Source of the DNA: Candidatus Undinarchaeales archaeon
Lineage (GTDB): Archaea; SpSt-1190; JASMDC01
NCBI GenBank assembly: GCA_030753015.1
Contig: JASMDC010000005.1
Coordinates: 84,015 to 148,014, forward strand
DNA: 64,000 nucleotides
Direction of reading: 5' to 3'
Every line of letters begins with the position of its first letter. Position 1 is the stretch's first letter. The position numbers and the translations under genes are program-made. Below are positions 61,020 through 64,000 of this stretch, in pieces. The notes under the pieces are model-generated. The model saw nothing but the letters and a program-made list of their open reading frames with translations. It was not told where the DNA came from and made no database searches.

Positions 61020-63950
61020 GTGAGACCCGGTAGTGTGAGAACCATAGGCCTTTCGTTAAGATGTAGCACCATCATTGCATTGACAAGCCTCATTGTCGTC
61101 CAAGTCGGCCTCGCAGCCGTCCTCTTCTCCGAATCAGGTATGGGACGGACGTGGATCGAATGCTCCCTTGCGCATCTTGCCATGTTGGGCCCGGCTGCAC
61201 CCACCACTCACGGACATCTGGTCGCAAAGGTTGGGACCGTTGTTCTCGAAGGTCTCCTTCTACTTGCTATTGGTGGCCTCCTCATCACGTACGCGTCGTT
61301 CAGGGCTTCGATCGTGGGGATGGCCCTTTTCGCTGCCACACCTGTACCCTTACGCAGGCCGTTCCTCGTCCTGGGCGGTTCCGCTGCTCCCTCGTCGCTC
61401 TGGTCGGTCGTCATCATATTCATCTACCTGGAATGGCGTCGAACGGGCGGACGGTGGAACGCAATGCTTCTGGGCGCCCTCGCAGGGGCAGGGATAGCCC
61501 TCTCAGCGGACATGGCTCTCGTGCTCATCGCCCTTGGGCTGGTGTACACCATGGGGTCCCTAGTACGTCATCGAAGGTCCCTCATTGCCGCTCTCGTTGT
61601 CGTCGGAGGACTATTCCTACTGGTCACCACCCCGGATCGGGCGCTGGGCATCCCCCCCGACATTGCCGGGCATGCTCCTTCCATCCTCGCCATCATCCTC
61701 GTCCTGTCCGGAACGCTCATCCCTCTGCTCTCACCCGTCTCAGGGCAAGGTCGTGAGCTCAACACTGCCGCGGGTGGCGCGGGTCTCCTCCTGGTAGCGG
61801 CCTCGCTTCTCTCGAGCGCGGTCACCGGGACGTTCGCTCTCGCCTGGACCGTCCTCATCGTTGCCGCGGCACCCCCCCTGACAAGATCTCCAGGCTCATT
61901 CCTCCTCGGTTGCGTCGTCATTGTGTGTCTCATCGATGGTCTCGGCCTCACCGATAGCGCCACGCCCATGGACCTACACACCCCCCTCTGGGAGCAGTGC
62001 GTTCGCACGATCGCTCGGACCGCTGCAAGGGAAGGGATCGTACCCAGTGTAGAGGGCGTGCTCTCAAAGGACGCAGGTTACCACCTTGCCCTCGGGTATG
62101 GTGAGGGACTGGCCGCCGGGGGTATCGACGCAGAGGAACTCATGCGACTATGTTCCGTTCTGGACGCCTCGTCCGCTGAAGTATGCATCAAAGGCCTGGG
62201 ATCACGTACAGCATCACGTGTCTGGGAGGAACGGTCCATGACGTTCACGATCTGCGGTCGGCTCAAGGGCGCCCTGCGAACGCACTGCCTCGAGGGTGTC
62301 GGTGCCGGGCTCTTCCTGGAGACACGACGAAGAGGAGTCGCCCTCAGGAAGGGTATGATTCTTTGTTCGCTCCTCTCCTCCGATGAGGTCCCCGTGTGCC
62401 TCAGGGGATTCGGCCGTGCTCTCGGGCATGCACGTCCTACCCGGCCAGGAGAGATCCAATGGGACCGCTGCGCTCCCATGGGGGATCGCTACATCTATCA
62501 CTGCTACTGGGGGCCGGCCGGGACCTTTGGCTGGGAGATGGAACCAACGGTTGAAGCGGCCATAGCCACCTGTATCGAACCCCATCCCGATAATCCATTG
62601 GAGACCAAGATCTGCCTCACACGGTTCGCAGGAGCACTGGGATTGTATCACCAGGGAGATACGGCTCGGGCCGTGTCCCTCTGTACAGAACTGCCGCCAA
62701 AGACGGTCTCCTACTGTCTCGAAGGGCTTAGTGACTATCTTGGATGGCACCTTGTCGAGGAACCCGCCCGCGGCCCCGATGAGTGCGATCACCTCCCTCT
62801 GGAGAACCGAGGGGTATGCTACCAGATGCTGGGCAACGCCCTCGGTTGGTTCCACGTCGATTATCCCAAGCTGGCGGTGGCCGCATGTAGGGGCCTCGTT
62901 GCCAAGGCCCGGCCCCATTGCTACCAAGGGCTGGGGGAGTCCTTCGGATGGATCAATGCGCCTGATGTAGCATTATCCATCACACGTTGCGGCCTCCTCC
63001 CCACCGATGACCGGCCCTACTGCCATTTCGGCCTTGCCGAGAGTTACGGATGCAAGTACCACTCCCAGCTCGATCAATCGGCCATGCTGTGCGCTGCCCT
63101 GGAGCACCAGGACCCCCTTCACCCCTCAGACCTCTCAGAGGGTTTCGGCTACAGCCAGGGATGGCAGTTCGGGCATGATCCCGCAGTGGCCATGGAGAGG
63201 TGTGATGTGCTCGCGGAGGGCGCCCCACGAAAGCTCTGTCGGCTCAGCGTCGGTGACCGCATCCTCTGGCAGCACGGACACAATCGCTCGGATGCCATCG
63301 AACGCTGTCGCACTCTCCCGGAGGCCCTCGCACTCACCTGCCTCAGGGGGCTTGGTAGGTACGATGGTTGGATGTTCGGAGCGGGGCTTACTGAGCCTGT
63401 TTACCTGTGTGTCGAAGGGCCCGCGGTCGGGCGGCCGTTCTGTGCCGAGATGTTCGGGAGGATCCTTGCCCTCAGGAACAATGGCGATGCGGCAGCTGCA
63501 GCATGCGATGGGCAGGGCGAACAAGTGTCCCACTGCTGGCGTGGTGTCGGTTGGGCCCTCGGCTGGACAAGCGGGCAGGACGCGTCCGCTGATGCATGCT
63601 CCATGGCTGGTGGTCACAGGAAGCAGTGTCTGGAGGGCCTGTGCGCAGGGCGGGTCGCGCTCCGAGGTGTTGCCCCGTCAGAGGGCGAGGATAATATGGC
63701 ATGCGCTACAGGGACCGGAGCCGGCCTGTGGTGGCGGTATAACGGTGATGGTATGAGGACGGCCGAGGATTGTTCCTCGTTCGGATATGATGAGGCCGGA
63801 GCATGCGCACGAGGTGCCGGCACCGCCGCCATTCGCGAATCGCTCTACGTCACCGGATCCACTAAGGATGCTAAGGCAATGTGCGAGGCTATGGGGGGGC
63901 TAATGGACGCATGCGTCATGGGCGTGGCGGAAGGCGCGTCTACTGAATGA
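61020..63950 (+). CDS. Polytopic membrane protein with about 18 C-terminal Cys-pair repeats (full-length family member)
   Basis: TM region and first repeats are colinear with 57674..59644; the middle repeats are colinear with 59731..60516; further repeats run to the C-terminus. Confidence 0.8.
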   Translation: MRPGSVRTIGLSLRCSTIIALTSLIVVQVGLAAVLFSESGMGRTWIECSLAHLAMLGPAAPTTHGHLVAKVGTVVLEGLLLLAIGGLLITYASFRASIVGMALFAATPVPLRRPFLVLGGSAAPSSLWSVVIIFIYLEWRRTGGRWNAMLLGALAGAGIALSADMALVLIALGLVYTMGSLVRHRRSLIAALVVVGGLFLLVTTPDRALGIPPDIAGHAPSILAIILVLSGTLIPLLSPVSGQGRELNTAAGGAGLLLVAASLLSSAVTGTFALAWTVLIVAAAPPLTRSPGSFLLGCVVIVCLIDGLGLTDSATPMDLHTPLWEQCVRTIARTAAREGIVPSVEGVLSKDAGYHLALGYGEGLAAGGIDAEELMRLCSVLDASSAEVCIKGLGSRTASRVWEERSMTFTICGRLKGALRTHCLEGVGAGLFLETRRRGVALRKGMILCSLLSSDEVPVCLRGFGRALGHARPTRPGEIQWDRCAPMGDRYIYHCYWGPAGTFGWEMEPTVEAAIATCIEPHPDNPLETKICLTRFAGALGLYHQGDTARAVSLCTELPPKTVSYCLEGLSDYLGWHLVEEPARGPDECDHLPLENRGVCYQMLGNALGWFHVDYPKLAVAACRGLVAKARPHCYQGLGESFGWINAPDVALSITRCGLLPTDDRPYCHFGLAESYGCKYHSQLDQSAMLCAALEHQDPLHPSDLSEGFGYSQGWQFGHDPAVAMERCDVLAEGAPRKLCRLSVGDRILWQHGHNRSDAIERCRTLPEALALTCLRGLGRYDGWMFGAGLTEPVYLCVEGPAVGRPFCAEMFGRILALRNNGDAAAAACDGQGEQVSHCWRGVGWALGWTSGQDASADACSMAGGHRKQCLEGLCAGRVALRGVAPSEGEDNMACATGTGAGLWWRYNGDGMRTAEDCSSFGYDEAGACARGAGTAAIRESLYVTGSTKDAKAMCEAMGGLMDACVMGVAEGASTE

Positions 63951-64000
63951 TTTCTGACCATTGGCAGTAGGCCATCACCAATCTGGCCTGCTCGAGGTTC

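Noticed and set aside
1-64000. CRISPR array, rRNA or tRNA genes
   Set aside because: No regularly spaced direct repeats, rRNA-like tracts or cloverleaf/T-loop signatures were seen in the intergenic regions. The repeats found are protein-level or two-copy.

Overview
GC-rich archaeal genomic window (PCNA, RPA14-like OB protein, stand-alone Bud32, SAMP-NcsA/TtuA, PAC2 chaperone, class III signal-peptide pilins, TATA-driven and apparently leaderless genes). 1-13.1 kb is a branched-chain acyl-CoA/beta-oxidation module (MccB, BirA, thiolase, crotonase, Cys-less thiolase-like protein + DUF35, ACAD, EtfBA, ETF-QO, acyl-CoA synthetase) whose Arg codon usage (AGR-rich) differs sharply from the rest of the window (CGN-rich). 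14.8-16.8 kb is a small AT-rich islet with a HEPN-like/MNT pair and transposon relics. The remainder holds housekeeping genes (nadE, ahcY, purA, MTA/SAH deaminase, pcn, ncsA, bud32) interleaved with many uncharacterised surface genes: two giant Cys-rich secreted proteins (one with Kazal domains), a tandem-duplicated GT-C-like membrane family, a pilin/TadC-like cluster and, at 53.9-64 kb, a glycosylation-type locus encoding a family of proteins built from a 34-aa C-x10-C-x2-G-x-G repeat that occurs fused, split and as a relic. That last locus and the Cys-less thiolase/DUF35 pair are the best candidates for an undescribed system. No rRNA, tRNA or CRISPR array was seen. All family calls come from motif recognition by eye; no database search was run.
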